In this document: in pieces, positions 41,913 through 57,839 of the stretch
Layout of the letters: every line of letters begins with the position of its first letter
How positions within the stretch are numbered: position 1 is the stretch's first letter
Assembly: GCA_964016885.1 (NCBI GenBank)
Contig: OZ024746.1
Coordinates: 34,844,001 to 34,908,000, forward strand
Length of the DNA stretch: 64,000 nt
DNA from: Eledone cirrhosa
Taxonomy: Eukaryota
Reading direction: 5' to 3'
Notes under the pieces: model-generated
Seen by the model: only the letters and a program-made list of their open reading frames with translations
Database searches by the model: none
Told to the model about the DNA's origin: nothing
Position numbers and translations under genes: made by a program

Positions 41913-44635
41913 TGTTACTTTAGTTCAAATCCTAGGGAGGTCAAATTTGCATTTCATCCTTCCGGTGCCGATGGAATAATCTACACTTAAATATTTAAGT
42001 TGATATTATCGACCTTCCCCTCTCCAGAATATGTTTGGCAATATTCAGACAAGGGCCCCTTTTTATAATCATGTAACAGTTTTACCGTAATATAACACAG
42101 CTGTCATTGGAGATCCAGGTGGTTTGTTATCATTCTGACAGGGAGTAAGCATAGACGACTGTTCATTTTTATAGTATCCGATTGAATAATATCTTGTAAG
42201 TGAAATTTGGTAGACGGTAACGGTATAGAAGCGCAGCATGAGTATAGGCATGTTTATATGTACAGGTGTACGCGCGCATGTGTCTGAATGTGTGCGTGCC
42301 TGTGTGTATGTGTGTGTGCGTGAATGTGTGTTATGTGTTTTTCTCTTTGTATATCTATATTTACAATGCTATTTGTGCATATGTCCCGTAACACAGCATT
42401 CTGAGAAATATAAATCGATTAATTACGTAACAAACTTAATTAATCGATTTAGAAAATTAAATACTACGTTAAATATAATCCATTAATAACCCCTGATTGG
42501 GGTTCTCTGTCAACGCCACAATCGATTTAATTGAAACCTGTAAAGAAATGTAAGTATACAACATCGTGTTTGTACTATTGTACACTATTGACTATTTCTT
42601 GTTGTTTACGTTATTTTCACTTAGGTTTATGTATATTTATTTGCGTGCAGGTTTAAGCGTATTTGTGTGTGATATTTTATTTTCCTGATATATTACTGGT
42701 GAAATCTTTGATTTCTGAAGCCCATGTTTCTATCAGCATTTGTATTTATATCGTTACTTTGTTCCTGTGTCCGTTTAACTATTTTAATGTGTATTTTCGG
42801 ATACCTATATTTCTGATGGGAACCTATGTATGTCGCTCTATATGTTTATGTACGTGTATGCATATGTATAAGTGCTTCTGTTGAAATGGTACGTAGGCGG
42901 TTTTTTTCTGAACTTTCCAGAAAATAGAAGAAAACGATAAATTGTCCATTTGAATGTGCGTTTGTTTTTAAACGAGTTATTTTAAGGGGGAACAAATAAT
43001 CCCATTTACTGAATTGATGTACATCAATTTATTTCGGGAAAAGCAATCAGTAGAACATGATTAGGTGCTAGCAGTAATTTGGATATTAAAAAAAAATATA
43101 TTGAGCTAGGGAAGTAACTCAAGTGGCCAGTGGCATGTATTTAGATGCATAAGATAATCTGTGATGTACGTAAAATTTCGTACGCAAAGAATTCTCAATT
43201 TATTAATTATCTCAACACTATCGAAAATGACAAAAAAAAAAATGGTATTAATATTTAACGATTCACAAAGAAAAGAGAAATTAAGATATTTAGAAATTGT
43301 TTCATGAAATTAATATGTGTTCATGTGTTTGATGAAACTTATACGCGTGTATGATTTTGTAGTTGATAAAACGGCGGGATTAACTTATAAAAAGAGATTG
43401 AAATCCTTTTGCGGAGTTTTGAAAACGAGCTATTTTGCGGAAAATAAATAATTCATTTTATTAAATTAATCTATATTAATGGATTTCAGACAAGACTGGG
43501 AGATATATAGGCGAATTTATTATGATGTTATTATTAATTAAAGTGGAAAATATTATTTGAAGAAAGAACGGAAAAAATGCGTTTTATGGGAGTATGACGT
43601 AAATGTGTTTTTCGCCGTTTTGAAGTAATGTGTCAGTTATTTAATAGATATAACGTCAGGGTGATTTCTTCAATGTAGATATCGGCATAACTTTTGTTAA
43701 ATATAGTGATATACGTTAATGTAATAAATTCGGTTATTTGGTTCTGTTAAAATAACTCGTTTTCCAAAAATCAATGCGCGGGAAAACATAATTTTATTGA
43801 TGTTCAAATGACAAACCTACACTCCCGTAACTTTCGACAGGCACCTCAAGACAAATACACAAAATAACACAGTTTGAACATCATATACAGTTACATTAAC
43901 ACGACAAATAACACAACCAATGATACCCAATGTTTAAAACAATTCAAACTGCAAAACACAGCATGCTGTTTAAACAGATACACAGGAACATATAAATATA
44001 TTTCAATAGCAAAGCGAACCATATTTACAGACATCAAAGCGTTGAGGAAATACAAGTTGGAGACAATTTCCAAAATGCAACAGTCAATGTAAATAAATAT
44101 AACAAATGGAAAAAAAAACAACTTCGAAAGAGATCGATTGTATTATATTAGTTCATTTTGAACAATCAATAAATTTTTTATTTCCGTTCTATGTCGTACT
44201 GCACATCGAGCCATAATAATTGACCCAAACTCCCTCAAACTAAACCTCACAAGAGTAACGAACTTTGTTAACACCTAAGCATCATTTAACAATACATGAA
44301 TAATTGAAACCATCTGAATCCAGAACACAAGGAAACACAGGAATGCAATTGCCACTCACATGTCTTAAATCTAATCAACGGTAGCTGCCAGGAAATTTCA
44401 GTTATATAACAGCTACAGTCATATCTAATTAAATCGGAATTAATTACATACGAATGACTGCTATAGGATTTACTAATAGACGCTATCATGTTAGCCACAC
44501 ATTTAAAACACTGCAGATAATAATAAACTATAATAAAAAGACATATCTGCGTTTCAAAATTAAAATGATGTATGCATATTTTTCGAAACTGACTTTTACA
44601 AATATATTAAAGGATGAGCAGGCGTTAACACACAC

Positions 44636-44737
<102 letters not shown>

Positions 44738-44926
44738 CGTATCATTTCACCAAATCTGGCAAAAAATTACTGTCCTTTCGGAGGTTTAACAGTTTAGCCG
44801 TCAATTAAAAAAAAAACATTCTGGTGATTTATGATGCTTACGTGTAATTTGTATACATACATGGAAATATATATACATAGACACATACTCACAGATATAC
44901 ACACAATTATTTATACTCATGCTCAC

Positions 44927-44994
<68 letters not shown>

Positions 44995-45023
44995 AAGTAT
45001 ATATGTGTATGCATAAATGTGTG

Positions 45024-45054
<31 letters not shown>

Positions 45055-45509
45055 GTTTGCGTCTGTGTGCATGGGTATCAGTGCGTGTGTATGATCATTT
45101 GAATATACGCATCTATGCACACAAAGCCTTAGACAATGTTGTAGTGTGTTTTAGAGATATAGATACACAGATCGCATGGCGTTTGATAGCTATTTTGGTA
45201 ACTACATATAAGTTTATTTATTCTTCGGAAAGAAATGTTCAATCAATCTACGCCAGGATCTTGAAAGAGTATGAAGATATAAAACGAAAAAAATTAAGAG
45301 AAAATTTAATTAGTGAAAGTAAGGAAATCGTGTTGAGCGCCGAACTCTAAACAACACTTACATTTGTGCGTAGAAATGTACGTGATAAAATGTCTTGGTA
45401 TATTGAGTGACATATAGACCAATGGACAGAAAAGAATTTATGAATCCTGCTAACGGAAAGTGCAGTGTCAGCATTGTGGAACACTTAGTATAGCAGAAAC
45501 AAAAAAAAA

Positions 45510-45552
45510 ACAACAACAGCACCAGCACCAGTAGTAGTAGTAATAATAATAA

Positions 45553-45630
<78 letters not shown>
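45510..45630. repeat. (TAG)n/(TAA)n/(TGG)n trinucleotide microsatellite
   Basis: Direct reading of the sequence. Confidence 0.95.
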
Positions 45631-45632
<2 letters not shown>

Positions 45633-46355
45633 TATCTGCAGCTGCTGCTGATAGTAAACAACGTTTACTGGCATTGTTGTTGTTGCATTGAAACTGGAAA
45701 TAAACAACAATAGCAGTTTTCGCAGTAACAAGATCAGCAACAGTAGCAGCAAGATGTAATATACAGAGGAAATGTAGCATTGTTGTTCGTCACCTTCATC
45801 CTCCTCATCATTATCATCATCATTGCAATCAGCAGCTTCGTTTCATTTATCATCATTACAACTAACATCGTAATCCTCATGATCGTTATGGTCACCTTCA
45901 TGACAACCACATATACTTTAACCAGCATGAAGCATCGCTAAAGACATGATCTGAGGGAGAGTATTCTTTACAAGTGAATGTTATCCTCTATAGTGATATC
46001 CATTCATATTGTAACCCTAGAACATTTGTAGCTGTCACATCTATGCAGAACAGATGATCGAGTGGGTAAGTTCGGCGAAATAATGTCTAGACAATGTCAG
46101 TTGTATGTTTGTAGTACACTATAAAATTGTGCAAGCTTCTGTCACTTCTGTCTGAGAAAACGACTCTGCTTAACAGTGGCTGTGATTTGCCATTTTATGA
46201 TTTCAACGTAGTCCTCCTTTACATACCCGGATCGAACAGAATTGGTAGCAGGCGTTAGCACAGACACACACACACACACACAGGGTACCATTTCACCAAA
46301 TCCAATTTGGCAAAAATGTGCCGTCCTTTCGCAGGTATGCATAAATGTGTGTATG

Positions 46356-46386
<31 letters not shown>

Positions 46387-47344
46387 CTGTGTGCATGGGT
46401 ATCAGTGCGTGTGTATGATTAATTGAATATACGCATCTATGCACACAAAGCCTTAGACAATGTTGTAGTGTGTTTTAGAGATATAGATACACAGATGTCA
46501 CTGTTTAACTGTTAGTTAAAAAAATGTTTGGGTGATTTACGAAGCTTAGAAGTAATTTGTACAGCAAAAATCACTTCAGATCATACGGCACGAAACAAAA
46601 TATCCTCATATTATCTGTTCATATTTACGCAGTATCCCGCTCAATATTTCAATGCGCCATGACTGGTTCGATGTGTTGCACTCTCCAATTTCTCAGTGGA
46701 GACTCACCTGGCAATACTTCCTTGTTAAAGCTCCTCATATTTAGAATGATGGCAGTGCACCAAGGATTAAACTTAACTGTCTTCAACTCAGAATTGCATT
46801 TGTTCACACTGAAGACCAATCTATTCCTTTCAAACTCCACAATCCAATCTCCAGACCTTTCTTTCTCTCTTCCCCTAATGTGGCTGGATCTTGCCCTTGA
46901 TTGCGATGCTTAGAAGTGAATGGATGTGTGCATGTCAACCATTTACATCACGAATAAACTCTAACATTTACTTGTACAACGACGAGGAAAATTACAGGTT
47001 AAAGCAATAGTTATTAGACTATTGTTACGCTTATCCTATATATTGCTGATGCAATTTTCATAATTATTCTGGTAAAGAGAGGAAGTTAAGCAACAAACTG
47101 GTATTCTATATTATAATGCACCCCCTGCAATTCATCATAATTATGTGGTCACTGTTTAACTTTAACATTTGGCAGGTGAAGCATAAGCGGAGCTGTGAAT
47201 TTTACAATTTTGAGCACAGACATCCCGGAACTGAGATAAATATTGAAATGAAAACAAATAACAATATATTAAAAAGAATATGTGTAGATCGAAATACTTC
47301 AAAGATGATTACTATTATTTTCTATCATTATTTAACAGGACATA

Positions 47345-47510
47345 TAGTTACTGTTCTTTACGGTCTGAGTTCAAATCTCGTTGATATTAGCTTTGCTTTC
47401 CATCCTTACGGGGTCGATAAAATAAAGCACCAGTAATGCACTGTGTTGGAATTAATTAACTTCTCCTCCCCTAAAATCGTTGGTCTTGTGCCTATATCAG
47501 AAACCATTAT
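47345..47510 (+). mobile_element. 5'-truncated Nin/Deu-domain SINE
   Basis: ctgagttcaaatctc..catccttacggggtcgataaaataaagcaccagt. Confidence 0.78.
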
Positions 47511-50500
47511 CATATGACAACAGGTATACTCAGATGAAACAATTTTTAAACGCTTTACAGCCATGACACAAATGTCTGGTTTAAGTTTACCCTGTTGATA
47601 ATGGTGTTGTTTCTGGTGTGTAGCTCATGTTTAAAGCATTACTTCCAAGACTAACATGCCTATTATCATTCCATTTCAGATTAGATCCTTTGGTATCCAT
47701 TCTTAACGTCATCATAATCATCATCCACATTGCCATCATCATCATTATCATCATATATTTCTTTTTTCTTTTTCCCTACTCCTTCTTTGTCATTTTAATC
47801 ATTTTTCATCTGTGTTCTGCTTCTTTTCTTTTTTTTTTCTTTTTTAACATGTTTCCAGCAATATGTAAATTGTTGGAAAGAGTCTTTAGTGGGTTTTTTT
47901 CTTATTTAATTGCAATTTATACTTATATTATTCTAACGAAGATGATGTCACCAAACAGAATACGTTTATTTTTAGTTGCTAAATATACACCGTTTATTTC
48001 CCATGATTAACGGTAGCGGGATTTCAGAGGAAAGAAGATTTGATTAAACAAACCCTCAACTTAAATCGTTGCTTCATTAGCAGCTGAGGTTATTTTTTAT
48101 TGATTCGTGGATTTTATCGCTGTTAATTTTTGTAGATATAGTTGATGTTGGTTGAGGCTGAAAAAACGGTGAGAGTTGTGGTGCGTGGATAGGGTTAGGA
48201 GTGGTTTTAGAAGCAGTGATTGTGTGATGGTTATTTGCAAGTAATAATGCTGTTAATGATGATGGCACCTATTGTGAGGTTTTCTGTTATGGCGCCGATG
48301 TTTTTAGTGTTTTATCAAAGATTGTGGCTATAGGGGAGTTGGAGTAGTGGTGGTTGTTGTGTCGATAGTGGTGCTGGTAATATGGGTTCTGAAGTCTTCG
48401 GTGTTGATGGTTGTGTTGGTAGTTGAAATTATGGTGACATATTTTTAGAGAAATAAAAATGTGTGGTGAGCAATACAGCAGAGATAATTTCAGGGACGTG
48501 TAAACTCTTTCGCTCCAAACAAACCAATCCCGTACAGCTCTTCTGTGGTTCAATATATGTTTAGGGCAATTGAAATATGTACCGCATATAGTAGTATAAA
48601 CGACTACATGTATGTATGCGCAATCTGATGTGAGCTGTGGTTAATCATAAACATGCAAAATCACAACCTTCAACTGGACAGACGAAGCATAGCTTTGCAT
48701 CCAGGTCGCATCTTATACGTGTTAAATGCAGTATCTTATAAGTAAACAGAGAAAGGAGCAAATATAAAGAAGGAGAGAGGGAGAGTGTGTGTTTCTGGAG
48801 ATAAAACCTTGTGGACAGATATTTTGTCTTCAGTATTGTGAAACGGCAATCCATTGGCATTGACAGAATTTGAACATGTGACCAATAAGTTCGATTTTAA
48901 CAAATATATTTGATTCCATCAGTTACATTAGCATTCCTATTTCTAGACGAGTAGTGGATAAAAAAGCAAGGAATATAAAATAAATTATATAAATAAAATA
49001 GTTGAGCCATCTATATTTTTTCTAAGTAAAAAAATAAAAGGTATATACTATCGAATCAGCATTGATTACTAGATAGGCTTTCATGTGACTAAATGTTCTA
49101 GAGAGTATGAGGATTAAGTATGAGAGCAAAATCATATAGATAATCAATGAGATTGAAAAAATATATTTATCTGAAAAAAAGAATCAATACAAATATTTTT
49201 AAATTGATGAAAGTGATAGCATCGGCCACATTGAGCTGATAAAAGACTGTTACAAAGGTATACAGTCGACAACTTTATTTAGTATTGATACAACACCGAG
49301 CCTTTGAAACAAAAGAAGTCCTAGAGAAAGGGGGAAGCTTCTGAGCAGGCGTAAAACCACCTGGAAATAACAAATTAAAACTTGCCATCTTTAAATAAAC
49401 ATTGATGCATATATTGGGCAATAAAATGATGAACACACAAAAAGACGATTTATTTTTTATCATTAGTCTTCTCTAATAAAATATGCAGTCTTTTCACTTG
49501 GATAGTTTATTTTGTGTGTGTGTTTTGTGGTTGTCGACTTCATTTCGCCTTATGTCAGATCTGATTGAGCAGCCCTATAATAAGAAAACATCTCAGCTTG
49601 ATATTCCTGTTTCTTTTCTAAGAGCTTGGTAACCAGAGCCACGTATCGATTTCGAAGATGATGTGAGAGTGTTGGCGGAGATGTAACAGTATTTTCACTT
49701 AGCTTCCTGGTAATCTAGATTTTCCCTCAATGGTTCATACCATTTTATCTGGAACCAAGTATCATGTTGTTAGTCAGTACATATATAATTCTTAGAATAT
49801 CATAGTCATATTTATTTTTTGTTAAACCTCAAAAGCTCTGTTCATGGTGTACGCAAACTACCAACCACTCATTTCATGAACGTTTGGGATCAATTACAAC
49901 AAGTAAGATACCTATTTACCTAAATTGTCACAAGGCTTCGAAAATCTATGTGGCTTACATGATAATGAACCATATGGTACGTTGTACATTTGTGTCATCT
50001 AATATCTAAGTAATAAATGCCTAGCCTACAATTCTCGTGACGTTGAATCATATGAAATCCACCTAGTGTTTCTGCCATAAGAGTCGGAAAAGGAAAAGAA
50101 AAAAGGCAGGCACCCACAGTTAATAATATTCGAGCGACGTAGCCCATTTAATACAAACTCCTATCTCTAATAAACTATATATGAACTACGTTTTTTATAC
50201 AAATAGCTCTCTTTAGAATTCACCTTTCATTAGTTTGGGTACTGATTACCTGGTTCTGTGCTATTCTATACAGTAAAGGTTGCTGGGATAATACACAAAA
50301 CTCTTTTTTATCTAAAAAAAAGATAATGGAAATGCTTAAAGAAATTTCCCTCTATCAAATTTTATTCCTTTCATTTTTTCTGTACTTTTCGTTCGGGCTA
50401 CGCTTCAAAAAAGTGTTCAAATAATCTTGCTAGGAAAAATAATTGATCGCACCTTTACACTAGATACATTTTTAGGGAGCGATTATTTCTTTTTGTTTTT

Positions 50501-50687
50501 TTCTGCTAGATGTTTAATAATTTATTTTTATTTTTGTATTGCTTTTTTTTTTCATTTCACCAAGACAAAAGTTTTAGTCGATTTTATTGATTACAGTGGG
50601 GAGTTCAGCGTGGTGCATATTTTATCGATACACACACGCACACACATATATGAACTTACACACAAACACATGTATATATATATATAT

Positions 50688-50746
<59 letters not shown>

Positions 50747-50953
50747 TCAAGGGTTCAATCGGTATTAAGTACGATACTTAATACATTATACAGTCTAAAC
50801 ATCAAATTTCATATAGCAATGGCTTTTACAGGACTAGCACTGCATAATTTGAAAGAAACCATCAAGACGTTTTACGGGTGATATTTTTTCAGCGAATGAA
50901 ACAGTTCTAGTCATGTAGAACGTATGTCTGTATTAAATTTGATCTCTCTCTTC

Positions 50954-51039
<86 letters not shown>

Positions 51040-51041
<2 letters not shown>

Positions 51042-52330
51042 GGAATTTGTAGACACTTCCACCACTACGCATACAGACAGACAACAGGATTACCTGGTGG
51101 CCATCACTTATATAAATCAACACTCCATTTCTGTGCCTTCTTCACCCAATATGTAGATGACATAGTCACCCTTACGCCATCCCGTGAAGAAGCAGGTAAA
51201 ATATACACGGCGTTCTTCAGCATGGACGTTAACATAAGGTTCAGCATGGAACATCCCGATGACTCTGGATCCCTCTCCCTGATAGACTTCTAACTTAGGG
51301 TAATAGAAGAAGGCTTCTACAGAAAAGCCGCCAGCAGGTACCTGTTCGTCCATTTAATGTAACCCCTCCCCTACGGTGCCATGTCCGGATACATAAGAAA
51401 CGATACGTATCCAGAATAAAGGCAGAACCACGGAGACCGAGACACGGACACCACACACTTCTTGGAAGTGCCTAAGATAAACGGTTACATAACATCCAAG
51501 TTTCAAATAGAAAACAACACATTCGAAGCACGAACTCTAACAACACCTGCTTGCTGAAGCTCCAGCATTTCAGTGATGACACAACAACAGCCATCCGCTG
51601 AGCCATCTGAAGAGAAGGACTAGACTTACAACTAGATCACACGGGATCCTCACTACGCGGACAACTATCTAAGAGATGACCTAAAGAACACAACAGACGT
51701 TGCACGCTGGCCAAATGCCCCATCGTAACACAGACATATGCCATCAAGCAAACGTCGTGTCCAGAGTCCAGTGCTATAAATGCGACAACTTCTATGGAGG
51801 TAGCACCACCAGACACCTACACATCAGGATTAAGGAACATATCACTCACGGTTACTCGTTCACGCCATCAAAGAAAGAAACCTCGGCAATCTCAGAATTA
51901 AGGAAGAATTACTCATTGCCAGAACACATCCGCAAATCAATAATATACTAGAACTAAGCACACAATACCTGACATAGGCACATACTACAGAACTTTGAAG
52001 GCGGCTGGACTCTTCACAGAACGCCATACATAGGCCCGCTTATGACCACATTATCCATCTTAATATATATATTCCTCTATGCAAATTGAAAGGGGATCAA
52101 ATCTGGGCTTCTTGGCCTATCCAAACCATAACTTTAACACAAAAGAGGTTAACAAAATAAATAAAACCACTTCCGACCAGCATGGTGTATCAAACCACAT
52201 CGGACACTGGAATACTTCCTCGGAAGATGAGATATTAATCTCGAAATGTCAGGACATATGAATAAATTAATGTAAACAAACAAAGCCTGTTTCTTACGAT
52301 TTAACTATTCAGTCTAAACCTGCATTGCCG
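51040..52330 (+). mobile_element. 5'-truncated, degraded Penelope-like element (RT, GIY-YIG, 3' pLTR), Penelope/Poseidon-like
   Basis: YRQTTGLP..QYVDDIV..IRFSMEHPDDSGSLSLIDF, FYRK, then CHQANVVSRVQCYKCDNFYGGSTTRHLHIRIKEH (GIY-YIG). Multiple stops and frameshifts. Bounded by (GT)n and (TA)n. Confidence 0.88.
52217..52254 (+). ncRNA. Minimal hammerhead motif in the PLE 3' pLTR (U4G variant or decayed)
   Basis: tcct CGGAAGA t-gagat-atta-atctc GAAA tg TC agga. Helix I tcct/agga and helix II pair. Confidence 0.65.
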
Positions 52331-52352
52331 TGGCTTTCAAACTTTAAATTAG

Positions 52353-52438
<86 letters not shown>

Positions 52439-52469
52439 GTGTGTGTGTGTCAAGGCGGAGAGTTTTATC

Positions 52470-52960
52470 AAGGAAATTAAATCATGTAGAAATGATCAAC
52501 CTGAGGATATAGTAACCTATAGTCGGCCAAGATGTTTTGCAGCGCCATCGTACCAGATAGCTGGCAGGTAAATGGTTTAAGTACATAGCAATAGCTTCGT
52601 CTGACAGGTATTTGTATTTTACAGTAGACATAAATATTTGAACTGTGGAAATTAAACAGGATTTGAAATGTCAAGTATTTCTTGAACGTGAAAGTAGCAT
52701 CTATATATAGTGAAAGTAGTTTCAATGACTCCAATGCCATCACTTGTTGCCTTCGGTATAAATATGATCTATAATACTTTGGCCGTAGTCTGTTCAGTCA
52801 TACGTAAGTTGAGACAACTTTTTCTTTGTTAATGTTTTCAGCGCAACTGTGATTGTTTCTTTTAGTAATGGCGTATTTAGATATAACACGGCAATGGGAG
52901 GGATACATTCTGAAACTAACATTGTAGGGGCAGGTGGAGGACGAGGCGACGAGGCATTCA
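52470..52960 (-). pseudogene. Possible decayed LINE RT N-terminal remnant
   Basis: TPLLKETITVALKTLTKKK followed by FKK, in the spacing typical of LINE RT domains 0-1. Weak. Confidence 0.3.
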
Positions 52961-53398
52961 CAGACATGTGAATAGAGAACTTTTTGCTAAAATTCTCACA
53001 GTTGAACAGAGAACTTGACATATATTTAAACTGATGCAGAAGTCATCAAAGAGATCAATAAATATCTACTCATGTGTATGACTGGTATACTTGAAATGAT
53101 ATACAGTTATAAATGAAGTACACTTGTGTACATGAGTTGTATTTGTACACACGGTCTTGCCAATATTTGGTCTCAACACACAAACATTTATATGTCAACA
53201 CACATGGAATAGATACGTATTTTATCAATCTTAGGGCAAAGGTAAACATTAATATCCTCTAGGATTTGAAGTAACGACTTAAATACAGAGTGAATTATAT
53301 TCAGGGCATGAGGTAATGCTGTTGTTTCCCAATTTTGGGTAAAAACGTTCAAGTTAATACATATAATATCCACCAAAATGCTAACATTATTTCAAATA

Positions 53399-53590
53399 AG
53401 GGCGGTGGATTGGAAGTATCGGTAGAGGGTCAGGCGCCATGCTTTGATGCATAGTGTTACGGCTCTTGCCATTCTGAGTTCAAATCTCGCGCAAGTTAAC
53501 TTTGCCTTTCATCCTTACAGGGTCGATAAAATAAAGTACCAGTAATGTACTGGATAATTGTTTGCCTTATGCCAAAAACTAGAAACAATT
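53399..53590 (+). mobile_element. Nin/Deu-domain SINE
   Basis: Same family motifs. Confidence 0.88.
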
Positions 53591-53954
53591 ATTTAAAATA
53601 ATATCACCAATAACAAATACAACGCAGAAGGAAATTACTACTACAACAATGGAAAAGTAACAGAGAAGAAGGGGTGGGTTGCTAGCAAGCTGAATAAAAA
53701 TATATATAGACATACATAAAGAGTGAGATAGATAGGTAGATAGATATGCCAGCAGGCATACTACCACTACAGTCGAGGGCAACACCAAGAACATACTGTT
53801 GCAGTTATAGTCAGCACCACCAAGGAGAGAAAGAGAGAAAGCGATGAACAAAAGTGTGAACTCTTCTATATATATATATGTATATAAACCATGTTATTTC
53901 ATACTATATTCTTATTAATCCACAACTTATCTACTTTATAAATGTTATACATTT

Positions 53955-53993
53955 CCGTAGCATGAAGAAGCCCACATGGTTGAAACCGGTACG
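53955..53993 (+). ncRNA. Minimal hammerhead motif (C3 altered)
   Basis: ccgtagc ATGAAGA agcc-cacat-ggtt GAAA ccgg TA cg. CCGG palindrome, weak helix I, in an island 53870-54090 between TA tracts. Confidence 0.6.
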
Positions 53994-54222
53994 ATAAATT
54001 CCTTTTTGTAAATAATTATTCTGCTCTTTTTCTATGAGAAAATCAGAATAGCATTTCCTACTGTTTTTGTTCTTTATTATTATATATATCAACTCGTGTG
54101 TCACTTCTCAACATTCGCACACACGCACACACACACGCAATCTCACACACATGTACATACACACACAAACACACTCACACACACACACACATATATAAAG
54201 ATATATATGTATGTATATATAA

Positions 54223-54261
<39 letters not shown>

Positions 54262-54509
54262 TATATATATATATATATATATATGGGGGGGGGGGGTATG
54301 TGTGTGTGTAAGACAGAAAAGAGTGGGAGGGAAAGAGAGAGAGATTGGGAGTAAGCACACCGTTCAGCTTAATACATAATACTTAAGAAAGTAAAGTTTA
54401 GTCATTGAGTTACATTTTGCCATACATGACTGCAAGAGTTCACCCATCGTGCAGTAATATTACAATATTATTTTTTCTGTGTAATATGTATAAAACGTAT
54501 TTTATATAC

Positions 54510-54724
<215 letters not shown>

Positions 54725-54867
54725 TGTGTGAGTGTGTGTAGATTATATACGCCTTATACATATATTACACAGAAATAATGTATATGCCGAGAGAAAAAAT
54801 TGTGGAACAAGAATTTAAGGAAGGAACGAAGAAATTAGGAGAAACCTGACAAAACTATGCAACAGAT

Positions 54868-56032
<1,165 letters not shown>

Positions 56033-56454
56033 TCTTATACAGATAGCATATACCTGCACAGAAACACTCGTTTTCAAGAAATAGAAGGTTAAGTTTCAGC
56101 GAGGTAACTGTTACGAAAGAGATGTATGATTAGAGATACAATTATCGTAAGGATTGTGTTAGAGACTAAATACTCGGAGAGAACCAGACTGAAAAGTGTG
56201 TGTTTTTTGAAGATTAACATATAGATAACTATAGGGATGTAGTCAGAGAAAATACAAGAGAGTTAAAAGTTAAAAAAGACATTAGCTGTGTGTGAAGATA
56301 GGAGATAAAAATTAGTGACATGGGAATTGTATAGCTTCGTAAATGTAGGTGTTCATGTATGCATGTGTGCATTTGTGTACCTGCATTTATTTATGTAACT
56401 ATGCCCTTTCTTCAAAGAAAGTATCTGTGTACACATATATGCATATATAACAAT

Positions 56455-56557
<103 letters not shown>

Positions 56558-56576
56558 GATATATATATGTGAGTGT

Positions 56577-56670
<94 letters not shown>

Positions 56671-56675
<5 letters not shown>

Positions 56676-56873
56676 AACCAGTAAGACCCCGACGGCTGAG
56701 CTCAAGCCGTTTCGAGAGGGCTAATTCTGTCGAATTAGTCCAGAATTAGCCGTCGAAACGGCTTGAGCTCAGCCGTTGGGGTCTTACTGGTTCCTATTAC
56801 CCACTCTACTAACCTAAGTATTGAGTACTTTGGTGCGTTATGGTCCACCTGATTCCTTACCACATTTCCTTCG

Positions 56874-56877
<4 letters not shown>
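56671..56877. mobile_element. Short foldback element family, copy E
   Basis: Arms ggaaccagtaagacccc / ggggtcttactggttcc, with (TA)n on both sides. Confidence 0.87.
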
Positions 56878-56947
<70 letters not shown>

Positions 56948-56948
<1 letters not shown>

Positions 56949-57312
56949 AGGGGCGTAATGGTCCGTGCATGCGTTATAGAATCTTGAGGTGATCATTTGC
57001 GTCGCTTGAAACAAGCAGAATTTTGGCTGCTTACTAAAACGTATAGACTCAAAGAAAGATATCACACATACACACACACACATACACACAAATACACGAC
57101 ACCATTGGGGCAAGCAGAATTCTGACTGCTTACTAAATTGTAGACACATAAAAAGATAACACACACACACACACTAGCGCACTAGATAACACTACATGCG
57201 GCTTTGCCCGGGAGGGTCATTTAGAGGGAATTTTGGTAAGGCTGCGCAGCCACACTGTCCGTCATGGCGATTGGACTGTATGTCCTGCTTTCCAGGTTAC
57301 CCTTCGCCACTG
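56948..57312. mobile_element. hAT-like MITE with an internal tandem duplication
   Basis: Ends caggggcgtaa / cttcgccactg form imperfect TIRs. The internal repeat caagcagaatt..ctgcttactaaa occurs twice. TA flanks. Confidence 0.6.
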
Positions 57313-57380
57313 ATATATATACATATACATACATATATATATATAAATAAATATATGTATGTATATAAACATACATACAC

Positions 57381-57422
<42 letters not shown>

Positions 57423-57431
57423 ACATACATA

Positions 57432-57502
<71 letters not shown>

Positions 57503-57745
57503 ATATATATATATAAATGTATGTATATATATAAACATACATATATATATGTATGTATATGTATATATCAGTGGCGAAGGGTAACATGGAAAGCAGAGCA
57601 TGCAGTCCAATCGCCATGGCGGAAAGTATGGCTGTACAGCCTTACCAAAATTCCTCCTAAATGACCCTCCCGGGCAAAGCCGCACGTCGTGTTATCTAGT
57701 GTGCTAGTGCGTGTGTGTGTGAGTGTGTTATCTTTTTATGTGTGT
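57143..57745. repeat. Inverted duplication of the MITE right end across a (TA)n centre
   Basis: 57143-57330 is the reverse complement of 57550-57745, with scattered mismatches. Confidence 0.9.
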
Positions 57746-57773
57746 GTATATATATATTTAATCTGTTATTTTA

Positions 57774-57839
<66 letters not shown>

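Noticed and set aside
46557-46913. Overlapping ORFs of 118 and 63 aa in more GC-balanced sequence
   Set aside because: No recognisable domain and no convincing exon boundaries.
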